From: Callorhinchus milii
Taxonomy: Eukaryota
Assembly (NCBI RefSeq): GCF_018977255.1
Contig: NW_024704742.1
Location: 80,478,001 to 80,542,000 of the forward strand
Reading direction: 5' to 3'
Length of the DNA: 64,000 bases
The notes under the pieces were generated by a model. That model did no database searches. It was not told the origin of the DNA and saw only the letters and a program-made list of their open reading frames with translations. This document shows, piece after piece, positions 51,906 to 64,000 of the stretch (position 1 is its first letter; each line of letters starts with the position of its first letter). The position numbers and the translations under genes are program-made.

Positions 51906-54044
51906 CAGGACAATTCCACCCAGAAAGGACCAGAGTGAATACTGTTCTTCAAAATATCAACAACTTGCACTTATGTAGCATTTTTCACACAGGGCAGTGT
52001 CTAAGAGCACACAAAACACCTGTTCAAAATATTTGTATATACTAATGGAAATGGGCCTTTTGTTGGAGGCAATAGAAATAACATTTGTCACTTTGGATAA
52101 GATTGAGATTTGTTGTCAAAATGCTTGGAGTCACTTGGGTGCCAACAGCATTATCCCACTAACAGCCATGGAGTGAATGATTAATTTTATTGGTATTGAG
52201 GTGAAACTAAAATGTAACAATATTTTTTTGAATAATGAAGAATGTTAGCCAGGATACTGGGAAGCACCTTCCTATGTTTACTTTAACATCCACTTTAATT
52301 ACTGGAAGAAGGATGTGACCTTGCTTTCATGTCTCATCATTTGAATTTTGTTTTCATAAATACATCCATGCAGAAGAATGATTGTTCCATCTAAACTGTA
52401 TCATTTGTGTATAATTTGTTTCCTTGGAGATGCAGCATGATACAAATGAACCACTGAAATCAGATGTATTGCAAAATGTCATTACTGTTTTCTTTCTATT
52501 CATAGTACTTTGCTAAGGTTAAAACATGTACATTGTAGATAGAAGACACTTTTTTTAAAAAAATACAACTTCATATTTCAATCAGCTGCAAAAGAATACG
52601 GGTGAAAATTATAACTGACGATAGTCAGCGTGGCCTCAAACTTTGGTCAAAATAGTAAACGTGTTACAAAGATTTGCCCTTTAGTTGCTATTATTGTCAG
52701 TAGTTAGTATCAAATTAAATATGGCATGATGTTTACAATGTTTCTGTCAATATATTTACAATATCCAGACTCCAAACATATAATTCTTGACCCAGCTCAT
52801 GTATCAGTTGAGTCAAACCTAAAATATTTATCTCGGTTGGCAAGTTTAGCAATTTTCTGTCCAAGGTTCTGAAAAGAACTGTGTGGTGCAATGGGAATTC
52901 CATCCAGAGAAAATTAGTACTCTGTGATTCATATTGCTTCACAGTGACACTAACAGTGTTCACTTTTCTGACTCCAGGTATTCATTTATGTATTCAAATA
53001 TATCAACAGGGTTCATTCGGAATACCATTCTTTCAGGATTAAGTTGATCATTGAACAGCTATCTATTTTTGAGCAAGACATTCCATCACTTCAGGGTTTA
53101 ATGCAGCGGAATGATCAATTTGGTTTGATGCAAAGCCATTTTTCCTTCATCCCATAATATTTCATGGGCTTGTGCAGTACCAGGTATGGGCGCAGTGTAA
53201 TACAATGTACTATTCCAAATGTTGAAGAAAGATAGGAACACATTTTCTTCTGAAGATTCAGAATATATTTATTTACCAAGCACCATATGTCAAACCAGAG
53301 CTAATCTGATATTAAACTTTTCTAAATCTTGAAAGCCCTTTCCACTGGGTACCATTTAAAAGACTTCTATCATATATTCTGTAATTAAGTTTTTTTTAAC
53401 TAGCAGGATGTTTTACTTATTTATGGACTGCAGTTCACAGACACATGAGTATTCAAAGATTGTTAAGCAGTCTTAAATAGATAACATTCAAAACATTTAA
53501 GAGCATTTACTACCTTGGTTACTATGGAGAGGGATAACTTCATATCCACTCATCAGTTTTACTGTAATAATGGCATGCACAAGGCACGCAATAATATTTA
53601 GACTTAGCCGAATGGCCTGTTTCCGTGCTCTATGGTTTATCATGTAGAGATACAGGAACCCTCAATGTCTGCATTGATACATTAGTGCTTCATTTTTGTG
53701 CTGGATGTGGTTCAGTTCATTGAACTGGTTCTTGTTAAGTCTGTATTCTTCTAGTTCATCCTTGGAAAGGAAAGAAATACAAACAAGTATCGTACTATTT
53801 TCATTGGCAACATCAGAAGTAATATGTATGTCTAGGTATTGCCTATCAGTTAGCATACAGTTTAATATACTATTTTGCCCATAACATACAGTCAATCCAA
53901 TTCACAATGTATTCTGTGAAGCACTTTGAGACTTCTCAATAACATGATAAGGGGCTATATCAAATGCAAGGATTACCATTATTATTATTGTTATAATGAA
54001 TTGCATTAATACAACACTTTCTTGCATTTATATAACATCTTTCA

Positions 54045-54355
54045 TGTGGATAATGCCTAAAGATAAACTATTTCCTCTGGTAGGAGAATCCAGAACAATG
54101 GGGCATAGTCTTAAAATTAGAGCTAGGCCATTCAGGAGTGAAATTACAAGGCAGTGTTTCACCCAAATGGAAGTGGAAATCTGTAACTCTCTCCCTCAAA
54201 AGGCTTTGGATGCTGGATCCATTCATATTTTCAAGATGGAGGTAGACAGATATTTGTTAGGTCAGGGTTTTAAGTGGCAAGGGTGGGTAACTGGACTTGA
54301 AGTACAGGTTAGCCATGATCTTATAGAATGGCGGAACAGGCTCGAGGGGCTGAAT
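54045..54355 (+). mobile_element. CR1 3' fragment, abutting a minus-strand L2 fragment (about 54355-54530)
   Basis: KLFPLVGESRTMGHSLKIRARPFRSE...FTQ motif; 3' UTR GAATGGCGGAACAGGCTCGAGGGGCTGAAT. Confidence 0.88.
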
Positions 54356-55984
54356 AGGAGGTGGTGGTAGAGGGAAGGAAGTGACCAATTTGCAGTCAAA
54401 GAGGTAGGTTTTAATGTGGGATTTAAAAATAGATAAAGAAAGAGCCAGAGAGCTAGAGGCAGGGAGTTCCAGAGGTAGATGATGTGACAACTGAAGGCTT
54501 GGCCACCAATGCTGGCACAAAGAGGGCGGGTAAAGTTCTTTATTAATAAATAGCAATATTGTGATTATTTAAAATATTATGAAGATATGGTTGATTCTCA
54601 CTTGCATTGAGGTTTAATTTTGTTTTGCACCAAATCTTCCAGCCTATAGAGTTGTAGAGTTTACAGCTTAGCTTGTACTATCTTCTTCCTTGCATCTGAG
54701 AGAATCTTCAACTATTTTAGATCCTGTCTTACTTTCTTCATGACCTGACAAGTATACAAGTCTTCTCTTTCGTCCCTTTCTCCATATCATTCAACTTTCT
54801 CTGCATCTCCTATCAGATTTTGTTTATGCAGATTGCCTTCATTTACTAAAATCTCCTATACGGTTTCACTCCTGACATATACATTTCAGAAATAATACCA
54901 TTTCAGAATTTTACCAATATCCTGGCTCAAGTGTCCAATGCAATCAAGGTCACATCCTTTAATAAATCATTTTTGTACAACTTTGTTGATATTTTTGCAC
55001 CAACTCTGTGGATATATTTCTCACAAGATCACTTATAGGGGCCAAGTGCACAATTTTCTGTGTATTTGGGTGTTTTAACAATAATTCAGGGATTCAATTT
55101 CAAATTCAATTATTTGGGTGCTTTTATTTCCATTCAATTGCTTCAGGCCACTACTAAAATTTTGTATCATAATAATCTAAAAATCAAAAGTGTATTTTGA
55201 TATACACTCTTATCACATTTCCCTACCAGAGGAAATAGTTTCTCTTAAACGTCTTAAAGTGCTTCACAGGATGTACTGTAAAGTGATGTAACTGATTTTT
55301 GTGATGAACATGGCAGCCAATTTGCACACAGCAATATCCCACAAACAGCTATGGAGTGAATGACTTACTTTATTTGGGGGATTGTTAGCAATACCATCAG
55401 GAGAAACACCCTGTCTTTTTAAATGGTGTCATGGGATCTTTAACGTCAACCTGAATGGCACCTCAGCATGGCAGCAAGACATTTTTTTGTTGATGGGTTT
55501 TAAGAGCACAACTTGGCATTAAATTACTGTATTAATATTTTATGCAAAATTCTAAAATGGGTCACTAACATAACAGTTCAGATCCTTTGCATATTTAGCA
55601 CAGCTATTTCCTATAATGTGAATAAATCATAGCATGAATATTGTATGCAATATGTTAAAAGATACTAGTTTAAGTAACTACTTAAATTATTTAACTGATT
55701 TGTTCATTTGGACTTTGCATCAATTCACTTTGCTAATCAGGATTCAAATTTTAGCATCTTTGAAGTTTATTTCTTCATAGCAAACCCTTACCATGTTTGT
55801 GTGATTGCCTCCTTGTAGGTTTTTTTAACTGATAAACTAGTGGACTTTATTTGTGGGCTTGATGGTGGAAAGTCCTGAGCATATAAGGTAAACAGAACAG
55901 GAAAAGCAGCATAGAAACGTAAAGTGGCAGGCTAGGGTTGTATTTTCCTCTCGAATGCTGTGTATCAGCGGCTAGAAACCACTC

Positions 55985-57610
55985 TTCCCGCCATGCCTCG
56001 CAGATTCTTTATTTTGACTATCACTGTGAGAAAATGCTGGACTTCATTGAGTCCAAAATCAAGGGAATCCGCACAGCTGCCACTGTCCTCCCAACTTCCA
56101 CCCCCTCCCTACCCCCACCCCACACTCCGACAATTACCCATCCCTCCTTCCACACTTTGAACCTGTCAACCCCTCCTCTGACTTCACCACCATATCCTCC
56201 ATGAAGCCCACCACCTGCTCGCTGGACCCCACCCCTCTCCTTAAATCTCAGCTCCACCTCCTTGCCCCACTACTCGCCGACATCATTAACCTCTCCCTGT
56301 CATATGGCACTGTTCCTTCCCCCCTCAAAACAGCCATTATCATCCCCACCTTGAAGAAACCTTACCTTGACCCATCTCAGCTATCCAGCTACCGGTCCAT
56401 CTCTAACCTCCTTTTCCTTACCAAGGTCATTGACAGAGCCGTTCTCTCCCAGCTTCGCTCTTTCCTCTCCTCCCGCTCCCGCCATGAGGCCTTCCAATCG
56501 GGTTTCCGTGCTGCCCACAGCACGGAAACTGCTCTGGTCAAGGTCACAAACGACATCCTGACTATGTGTGAGCAGGGATCCCTCTGCCTCCTCGCCCTCC
56601 TCGACTTCTCCGCTGCCTTTAACACGGTGGACCAGTCAATCCTTCTCCACCACCTCTCCTCCCACCTCAACCTTCAAGGTTCTGTCCTTGACTGGTTCAG
56701 GTCCTACCTTTCACACCGCCTCCGCTTTGTCACGGCAAACGGCTTCTCCTCCAGCCCCCGCACTGTCTCGTGCGGTGTTCCTCAGGGCTCTGTCCTCAGT
56801 TCCCTCCTCTTCACCCTCATGCTCCCCCCTTGGTGACATCATCCGCAGACATTGGATAAATTTCCACGTCTACAGATGATTTCCAACTCTATCTCTCTGC
56901 CTCCACCCTGAACTCCAGGACTACTGGCATCCTGACCGACTGTCTGTCCGACATCAAGTCCTGGATGAGGGACAACTTTCTCCAATTCAACGTCAGCAAG
57001 ACCGAGGCCCTCCTGATTGGCTCACGCCAGCGCCTCCGCACCTCAGGCGCTGGCAGCATCAGCCTCCATAGCTGCACATTGAACCACACTGAGCCAGTCA
57101 GGAACCTGGGTATCTTGTTTGACCCTGAACTGTCCTTTCTCCCCTACATCTGCGCCATGACCGGCACTGCCTACCACCACCTCCGCAATATTGCCAGACT
57201 CCGCCACTGCCTCACCGCTCAGGAGATCAAAACCCTCACCCATGCATTCATCAACTCAAGGCTTGATTATGGGAACTCCCTCATCGGCCTTCCCAACCCT
57301 TCTCTTCACAAGCTGCAGATCATCCAAATCTCTGCAGCTCGTATACTCTCGCGCACCAGGCACCTCAACCCCATCACTCCCACTCTCTCCCGACTCCACT
57401 GGCTCCCCATCCCCCAGAGGATCGAGTTCAGGATTCTCATCCTCACTTTCAAAGCCATCCATGGCCATGCTCCCTGCTACCTCTCTGACCTGCTGACTCC
57501 CTACCAACCTGCCCGCTCCCTCCATTCAACGGGCTCCGGCCTGCTCCATGTTTCCCACCTTACCCGCCCTACTATCGGTGGCCGGGCATTCAGTCTCTCT
57601 TCCCACTCTT
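55985..57610 (+). mobile_element. L2 LINE, about 1.6 kb, RT region, frameshifted, 3' tail missing
   Basis: QSGFRAAHSTETAL, GVPQGSVL, NVSKTEALLI and LHWLPIPQRIEF motifs. Confidence 0.95.
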
Positions 57611-57812
57611 CAGGGGGACAGGGTGGGGCTGGGGAGGTGGGACACTGTGAGGCAAGCCTCTGTTAACTGAACATGGGTGTGGAGAGGAGAGAGGTATGAG
57701 GAAATCCGAGCGATAGGGAAATGCAAGTGCATGAATGAATTTGTACAAGAGGTTGAGGACTTTGATGTTAATCTGTTTGGAGATAGGGAGCCAGAGGAGC
57801 CTGGCAGCAGTC
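57611..57812 (-). mobile_element. Older L2 fragment in the opposite orientation
   Basis: RLLWLPISKQINIKVL..YKFIHALAFPY motif. Confidence 0.75.
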
Positions 57813-58124
57813 ACTGCTGTTTAACATGTATAATTTCCATACCCTTGATTCTCCTGATATTGATCGTGTAATTAATATACTTAATTTCCCAATAGCAAAA
57901 AAACATTTACATTGATATGGCATAATCATAATGAACAGCACAGCCATTGCTCCCGAATTTAAATACTTCTGTAAATTATTACTTATTCATGTGCGGATGA
58001 TATATGTCAGAATTGTCACTGAACATTCATCTCAAAAGATGAGAGGATTTAAGTCCAGTTCTACTTGTTCCTTCATAGTAGTTCAGGTGTTTATCATTCA
58101 GAAAAAGTGCTACAAAGTTGTCAA

Positions 58125-58925
58125 ATGATAGGTTTCTCACCTCTGAGTCAGAAGGTTATGGGTTCAAGCTCTAAACTGGGAACTCACAGTCCAGGCTGGT
58201 GATCCAAATAATGCTCCATTGTGCTTCAGAAGAATCCTTCAAACAAGGTCTCATCTACCTGATCAGGCAGACATCAAAGATCTGATTTTCTTTGGTCAGC
58301 CGGGTGTCTGACACATACGGAAATACATCACCACACTTAAGGGTATCCAAACCAAACTGAGAATTCCATGCATCCCACCTACACATTGGATTCCAGAGGT
58401 GTTTATTGGAATGCGCACTCTCTCCCTGGAGGCAAGAATCCTCCTGCCCTATTTCCAGAGAGTATTAGGCATTGGTTGGCAAGAGCAAAACCTGGCGCTA
58501 CTGCTGGACTCAAACCAGCTAAAACATCATAGCTTGCCATTGAGAGCATTGCCTGGCAAGCTTTCTCACTGCTTGTCCAGGTAGGATGACCCTACTCATT
58601 TGGGCTTTAGCTTTGTGATTTAATGAGAGCTGAGTAGGTCTGCTCTTTCAAGTCCTGTCAATAAGCAAGCCTGGCTGTGCTATCATCAGATCCCATAACA
58701 CTATTTAAAGAGAAGGGACTTTGTCCAGATGTCCTGGCCAACCATCCCCAAAATAAAATTGACCTTTCACTTCATGGTTGTTTGTGGGATATTCCTGTGT
58801 GAAACTTGGCAGCCGTGTTTGCTTACAAATTATACAGTCACTGCACTTAAAAATAAATCATATGAAGCTCTTTGAGATGTTAATGACATTTGGGGCTGTA
58901 TAAAATACAAGGATTATTATTTATT
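58125..58925 (+). mobile_element. Old Deu-type SINE split by a family X insertion
   Basis: AAAGATC at 58276-58282 resumes as AGATCCCAT at 58688. Confidence 0.8.
58283..58688 (-). repeat. Repeat family X, copy 6, with a (A)GATC target-site duplication
   Basis: Boundaries defined by the interrupted host SINE. Confidence 0.8.
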
Positions 58926-59030
58926 ATTACTCCAGAGTAGCAATAATGCTCCCAAGTGGATTTTACTCCCAAACAGTTTACACCTGAACATTACTAACAA
59001 AAAAAACATGATCTGAGTCCTGAATCCTGA

Positions 59031-59343
59031 GGAGTCCTGTAGCTCAGTGGTTAGAGCACTCGCTTTGCAAGTGAGAGACCTGAGTTCAATTCCAGGCACA
59101 GGGCGAAACCTTGGGCAAGTTTCCTTACTCCACACGCCTAATAATAATCCCTCCAAAAAAACAATAATAAATTGGTCATTTTCAATCCACGACTGTTTGT
59201 GGGACATTGCTGTGCGCAATTGGCTGCCGCGTTCGCCCACAAATATACAGTCAATTCACTTTACAGTATATTCTGTGAAGCGCTTTGGGACGTCTAGAAG
59301 ATGTGAAAAGCGCTATATCAAATGCAAGGATTATTATTATTAT
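59031..59343 (+). mobile_element. Short-form young SINE, full length
   Basis: Near-consensus; tail stem-loop has a TAGAA loop variant. Confidence 0.95.
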
Positions 59344-60163
59344 CTCATATGGGACAGATTCACCCTGCTTTGTTAATGTCCCATTTGTCTTTTTGGATTC
59401 TTTCTTTTTATGATTTACATTGTATACTTATCCACCTTTTCTTACACCTCTTTTACAGTGCTATTAGTCATTTTACAGTTAAAGTATACAATCAATTCAC
59501 TTTACAGTATATTCTGTGAAGCACTTTGGGACATCTTGAAGAAGTGATAAGGCACTATATTACATACAATGATTATTATTACTATCTTTCCCCTTCATAC
59601 CCTTGTCAGCTCCCCACTTTCAGCTCATGTGCCCAGCCAACAGTGTGAAGCACTTTCACACATATTTAATATTTTTCTTCTGCTTTTCCTCCTTCTGCTT
59701 CTCATTCTCCTTCTCTCAGATTACCTCTGTTACTATACTTTCATTTGGTGCCCCATTCATTTGCATATATTGTACCTCTGGCTGTCTTCTGTGATTGGAA
59801 TCTGAAGTGCTTACATTATGAACAGCACCAATTTGACCAGGATGTCAGTATTATGTTCTGCAGATCCTGAAGCTAGCCTTCAACTGCATTCGTCCTTCAT
59901 TGATTGACTGCCTGATTTATCACCGGATATACAGACTTTACGTCAGTGCACTTTGTGGTGCTTAGTTAACAAACGTCCATTCACAAAATAAGGCCATTTC
60001 TATGTTGCTTAGGTTGAACATAATGATTACTCCACTGAGATCCATAAAAATTGATTATAGAAAACTTTGTATCAAATATAAGGTTGGATCAAGTGTATGA
60101 GACCGTGCCCCCACATGTGTGCCAAAGAACATGTTGTAACAACACATCTTATATTTCCTTCAC

Positions 60164-60486
60164 AATAATAATAATAATAATCTTTGCATTTGATATAGCG
60201 CTTTTCACGTCAGGAGGACGTCCCAAAGCGCTTCACAGAAAACACTGTAAAGTGAATTGACTATATTTGTGGGCGAACGCGGCAGCCAATTGCGCACAGC
60301 AATGTCCCACAAACAGTCGTAGATTGAAATTGACCAATTTATTATTGTTTTTGGTTTTTGGAGGGATTATTATCAGGCTCTGTGTGGAGTAAGGAAAGTT
60401 GCCCAAGGTTTCGCCCTCGGCCTGGAATTGAACTCAGTTCTCTCGCTTCCAAAGCGAGTGCTCTAACCACTGAGCTACAGGACTCC
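60164..60486 (-). mobile_element. Short-form young SINE, full length
   Basis: Reverse complement of consensus. Confidence 0.95.
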
Positions 60487-60629
60487 ACAATATGAAGAGA
60501 CTTTCAGTGTTTAAAAAGAGCCAAACACATCAAGGGCACCAATAAACGCAAATCTTTAGAAATTTGAGTGATTTATTTGACTAATGTTTTGAGGTCCAAG
60601 GAACAGACAGGACATTCACTGCTACATTT

Positions 60630-61325
60630 TATAGGAATATAAGGAAACAGGAGTAGGCCATTCAGCCCCTTAAGCTTGTTCCATCATTCTATTAGATTAC
60701 AGCTGATCTATACCTCAACTCCAATTAACTGGCCTTTGCCCCGTATCCCTTGATACCCTTACCTAACAAGAATCTATCCACCTCAGCCTTGAAAATTTGA
60801 ATGGATTCAGCATCTACAGACTTTTGGGGAGGAGAGTTCCAGGTTTACATTAAGCTTTGTGTGAAAAAATGCTTGCTGGTTTCCCTCCTAAATGGCCTAG
60901 CTCTAATTTTAAGATTATGCCCCTATCTTAATAATAATAATCCTTGCATTTGATATAGCGCTTTTCACGTCTTCTAGACGTCCCAAAGCGCTTCACAGAA
61001 TATACTGTAAAGTGAATTTACTGTATATTTGTGGGCGAATATATACATCTTCTGGATTACCCACCAGAGAAAATAGTTTCTCTATATCTACCCTATTGAA
61101 TCCCTTTGTTATTTTAAACACCTTCATCAGATCACTCCTCAACCTTCTAAATTCAAGGGAATACAGACCAAGTTTATGCAACCTGTCCTAGCTTAACCCT
61201 TTAAGCCCTGATATCATTCTGGTGAATCTGAACTGAACCCCCGCCAGAGCCAATATATCCTTCCTGAAGTCCGGTTCCCAAAACTGAACGCAGTACTCCA
61301 GGTGGGGTCTGACCAGGGTTCTATA
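60630..61325 (-). mobile_element. CR1 3' fragment with a nested SINE tail (60929-61039)
   Basis: KLGLYSLEFRRLRSDLMKVFKITKGFNRVD motif; 3' UTR. Confidence 0.9.
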
Positions 61326-61329
61326 GCAA

Positions 61330-61830
61330 GGCTTTGACCAAGGCATTCATCAAATCTAGACTCCAACTCCCTGCTTGTCAGCCTTCCCAACTCTTGGCTA
61401 CAAAAGTTGCAGATCATCCAGAACTCTGCAACTCGTGTCCTCCCTCGCACCAGGCTCTGTGACCCTATCATTCCACCCTCACCTGGTTCTATTGGCTCCC
61501 CGTCCCTCAGAGAACAGAGTTCAAAATCGTGGTCCTCATCTTCAAGGCCCTCTATGGCCTTACCCCTTCCTACCTCTGTGACCTGCTAACCTCATTTCAA
61601 CCTGTCCATTCCCTCCGCTCAGCAGGAAATGAACCTGCTACACGTCCCCCACCCAGCCCGCCCCACCATCGGTGGTCAGGCCTTCAGCCTCTCTGCCCCA
61701 CCCTTTGGAACTTCATTCAACATTTGCCTCACTCACTCCTTCCTTTACCTCTTTCAAAGCACATCTCAAGACCCTCCTCTTTCACCGAGCCTTCAGCAAC
61801 CCTCCTACTCTTCATCCTCCCTTATCACCA
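61330..61830 (+). mobile_element. L2 3' fragment
   Basis: QIIQNSATRVL, FKALYGLTPSYL and FKAHLKTLLF motifs. Confidence 0.88.
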
Positions 61831-63177
61831 ACAACTAAGAACATGAACTCCAATCTTCAAGTGAATAAGATGCAATAGTGTAATTAGAAGCTTCTGTCCT
61901 CAATAAATACTATTCTCATGGATTTCAGAATGACTTTCAAGAATCCATCTGATTTGAAATTGAAAACTTTGAATTTCACAACTTCAAAACTAATGTAATA
62001 ATGATTGTATTTGATCTCGTACCTTATCACATCAAAACTTCTTAAAGTACTTCACAGGATTTACTCTCATGTATAATGACTCCATTTACATTGCTGTGTG
62101 CAAACTAGCTGCTGTGTTTCACCCACAAAATACACAAAATTTTTAGTATATCCTGTGAAGTGTTTGGAAATACCTCAACGATATGATAAGGCACAATATC
62201 AAATGGAAGAATTATTCTTTTTAGGCAAATATGATGACCAATTTGCACACAGTCATGTTTCACAAACAACCAGGAGATGAATGACAATTTTATAGAGTAC
62301 CGGGAAAGCTTTTTCTTTATGAGTAATGCTGCGCGACTGACAAATGAACATGGTTTAACATCTCATCTGTAGGATGGTGCCTCCAATACAGCACTCCACT
62401 GAAGTGTTCACGTGTAAGATCAAAGACCCAACATGGGCTTGAAACCACAACATTCTGACTCAGAGGTATCAATTAATCCAGGTTGCCATTTGAATTTAGT
62501 CTTTATAAACCTGATCAGAAGGTGGTTTAGCTGATTATCGACACAATAGTCTAACAAGATTGAATAATGCACTTAATTTTTGGTGCATTGAGCTTCTAAG
62601 CAAGAAATAAACAAAATGTCAATTTACCAATGAACGAACACTAACTGGAATTGTTAAACCACCGAAAATAGAAGTCTGGACGTGAGATTCAAGTTGATAT
62701 TTGAATTATAGCATTCTTATGAAACTGACTTAATTATTTCCCTAAATCAGTTAGTCAGGTTATTTTGTTGATTATTTTGCAGCTTTCACCATTTAGAGAT
62801 TGTTTCAACAACTTTTGAAAGATGAGAGCCACTGTGAGAAAGCTGAGAGCTGATCCGAACAGTGAACCTAAAAGGATAATGAAGCGAAAGACAATATGAA
62901 AGATAAAAGCATATAGCAGTATTAAGCAATATAGCAGTCAGTATGAAATTAATATTATAATATAGCCTCACTAATGTTTGAAATGCTCTCTGGTCCAGTC
63001 CCTAGATTTCCATTCCAAACACTATTTTGCACATGAATTACACCGAATTATGATTTGAACCATTGGTCACCATGAGTTTGCAGTGATATAAAGGTCACTC
63101 ATACTAGGCAATGTTCATTGGAGAGAAAGGTAACTGATTCTAACCAACAATTAATACATTTAATGCCTCATTTCTTG

Positions 63178-63530
63178 AGGGATAATAAGCCCTCAAGAAA
63201 AAGAAAACAATAATAAATTGTCACTTCAATCCACGATTATATGTGGGACACTGTTGTGCGCAATTGGCTTCCGCGTTCGCCCACAAATATACAGTCAATT
63301 CACTTTGCAGTATATTCTGTGAAGTGCTTTAGGACGTCTAGAAGATGTGAAAAGCGCTATATCAAATGCAAGGATTATTATTATTATTACTGCCTGTGCG
63401 CAATTGACTGTTATGTTTCGTCCACAAATATACAGTCAATTCACTTTACAGTATATTCTGTGAAGCGCTTTGAGACGTCTAGAAGATGTGAAAAGCACTA
63501 TATCAAATGCAGTGATTATTATTATTATTT
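63178..63530 (+). mobile_element. Two tandem 5'-truncated SINE 3' ends
   Basis: Body and (ATT)n tail to about 63389, then a second partial body and tail at 63393-63530. Confidence 0.88.
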
Positions 63531-64000
63531 TCAATTATTATGTTGAGAAATTGTATTTCCTCATTTGATTTACCTTTTACTACCAGCTCACAACACCTTG
63601 ATATATACACCTTTGTTAACTGAAGTCATGATTACCAGGAGTCTATGGAACAGATCAAGCAATTCACACTAAAGCTGTTACTGCATTTCATGAAGATAGA
63701 GAGAGCCTTGAGTGTGTTCGACATGGGAAGTCTTTCAGGAACTGCCAAATCAAATAATGCTGAGTTAGAGAAATACCATGCATTTGCAAAGTATGGCAGG
63801 CTCATCACAGAAGAACACAGCATCTTCAGAGAAATCTAATGCAACTGCTCATGCTTTTCAATCTCCTGGACTTGTTGAAGCAAGTTTCATAGATCGTAAC
63901 ATGAAGGTCAAAATTAGATTCTGAGATTTCACTGATTTGCTTGCCCTTTTGTATGATCCTGAAGACTGGTCACTGAGTCAATGTGAATGGATTTCCTTCA

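Noticed and set aside
52733..53250. Protein-like short frames on both strands
   Set aside because: Stops in all frames and no recognisable family; a fossil coding origin cannot be supported without a search
63632..63839. Overlapping 63-64 aa ORFs on both strands
   Set aside because: No homology recognised and weak splice context

Overview
This is repeat-dominated vertebrate genomic DNA, intronic or intergenic. The repeat content (L2 and CR1 LINEs plus tRNA-headed SINEs with a Deu-type body) points to a cartilaginous fish; this is an inference. I could not recognise any host protein-coding gene. Nearly all ORFs over 100 aa are fragments or antisense shadows of decayed L2/CR1 ORF2 or SINE sequence. 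Main contents: about 15 L2 and about 9 CR1 fragments; a young tRNA-derived SINE family in long and short forms and an older Deu-type SINE family, both ending in the 3' stem-loop of the local L2; an 845-bp solo LTR nested in a SINE; a decayed Harbinger-like transposase remnant; six copies of a repeat family I cannot classify; several local duplications; an 87-bp hairpin; TE-free blocks that look like conserved non-coding elements; and a few weak exon candidates. Boundaries of old repeats were read by eye and are approximate.
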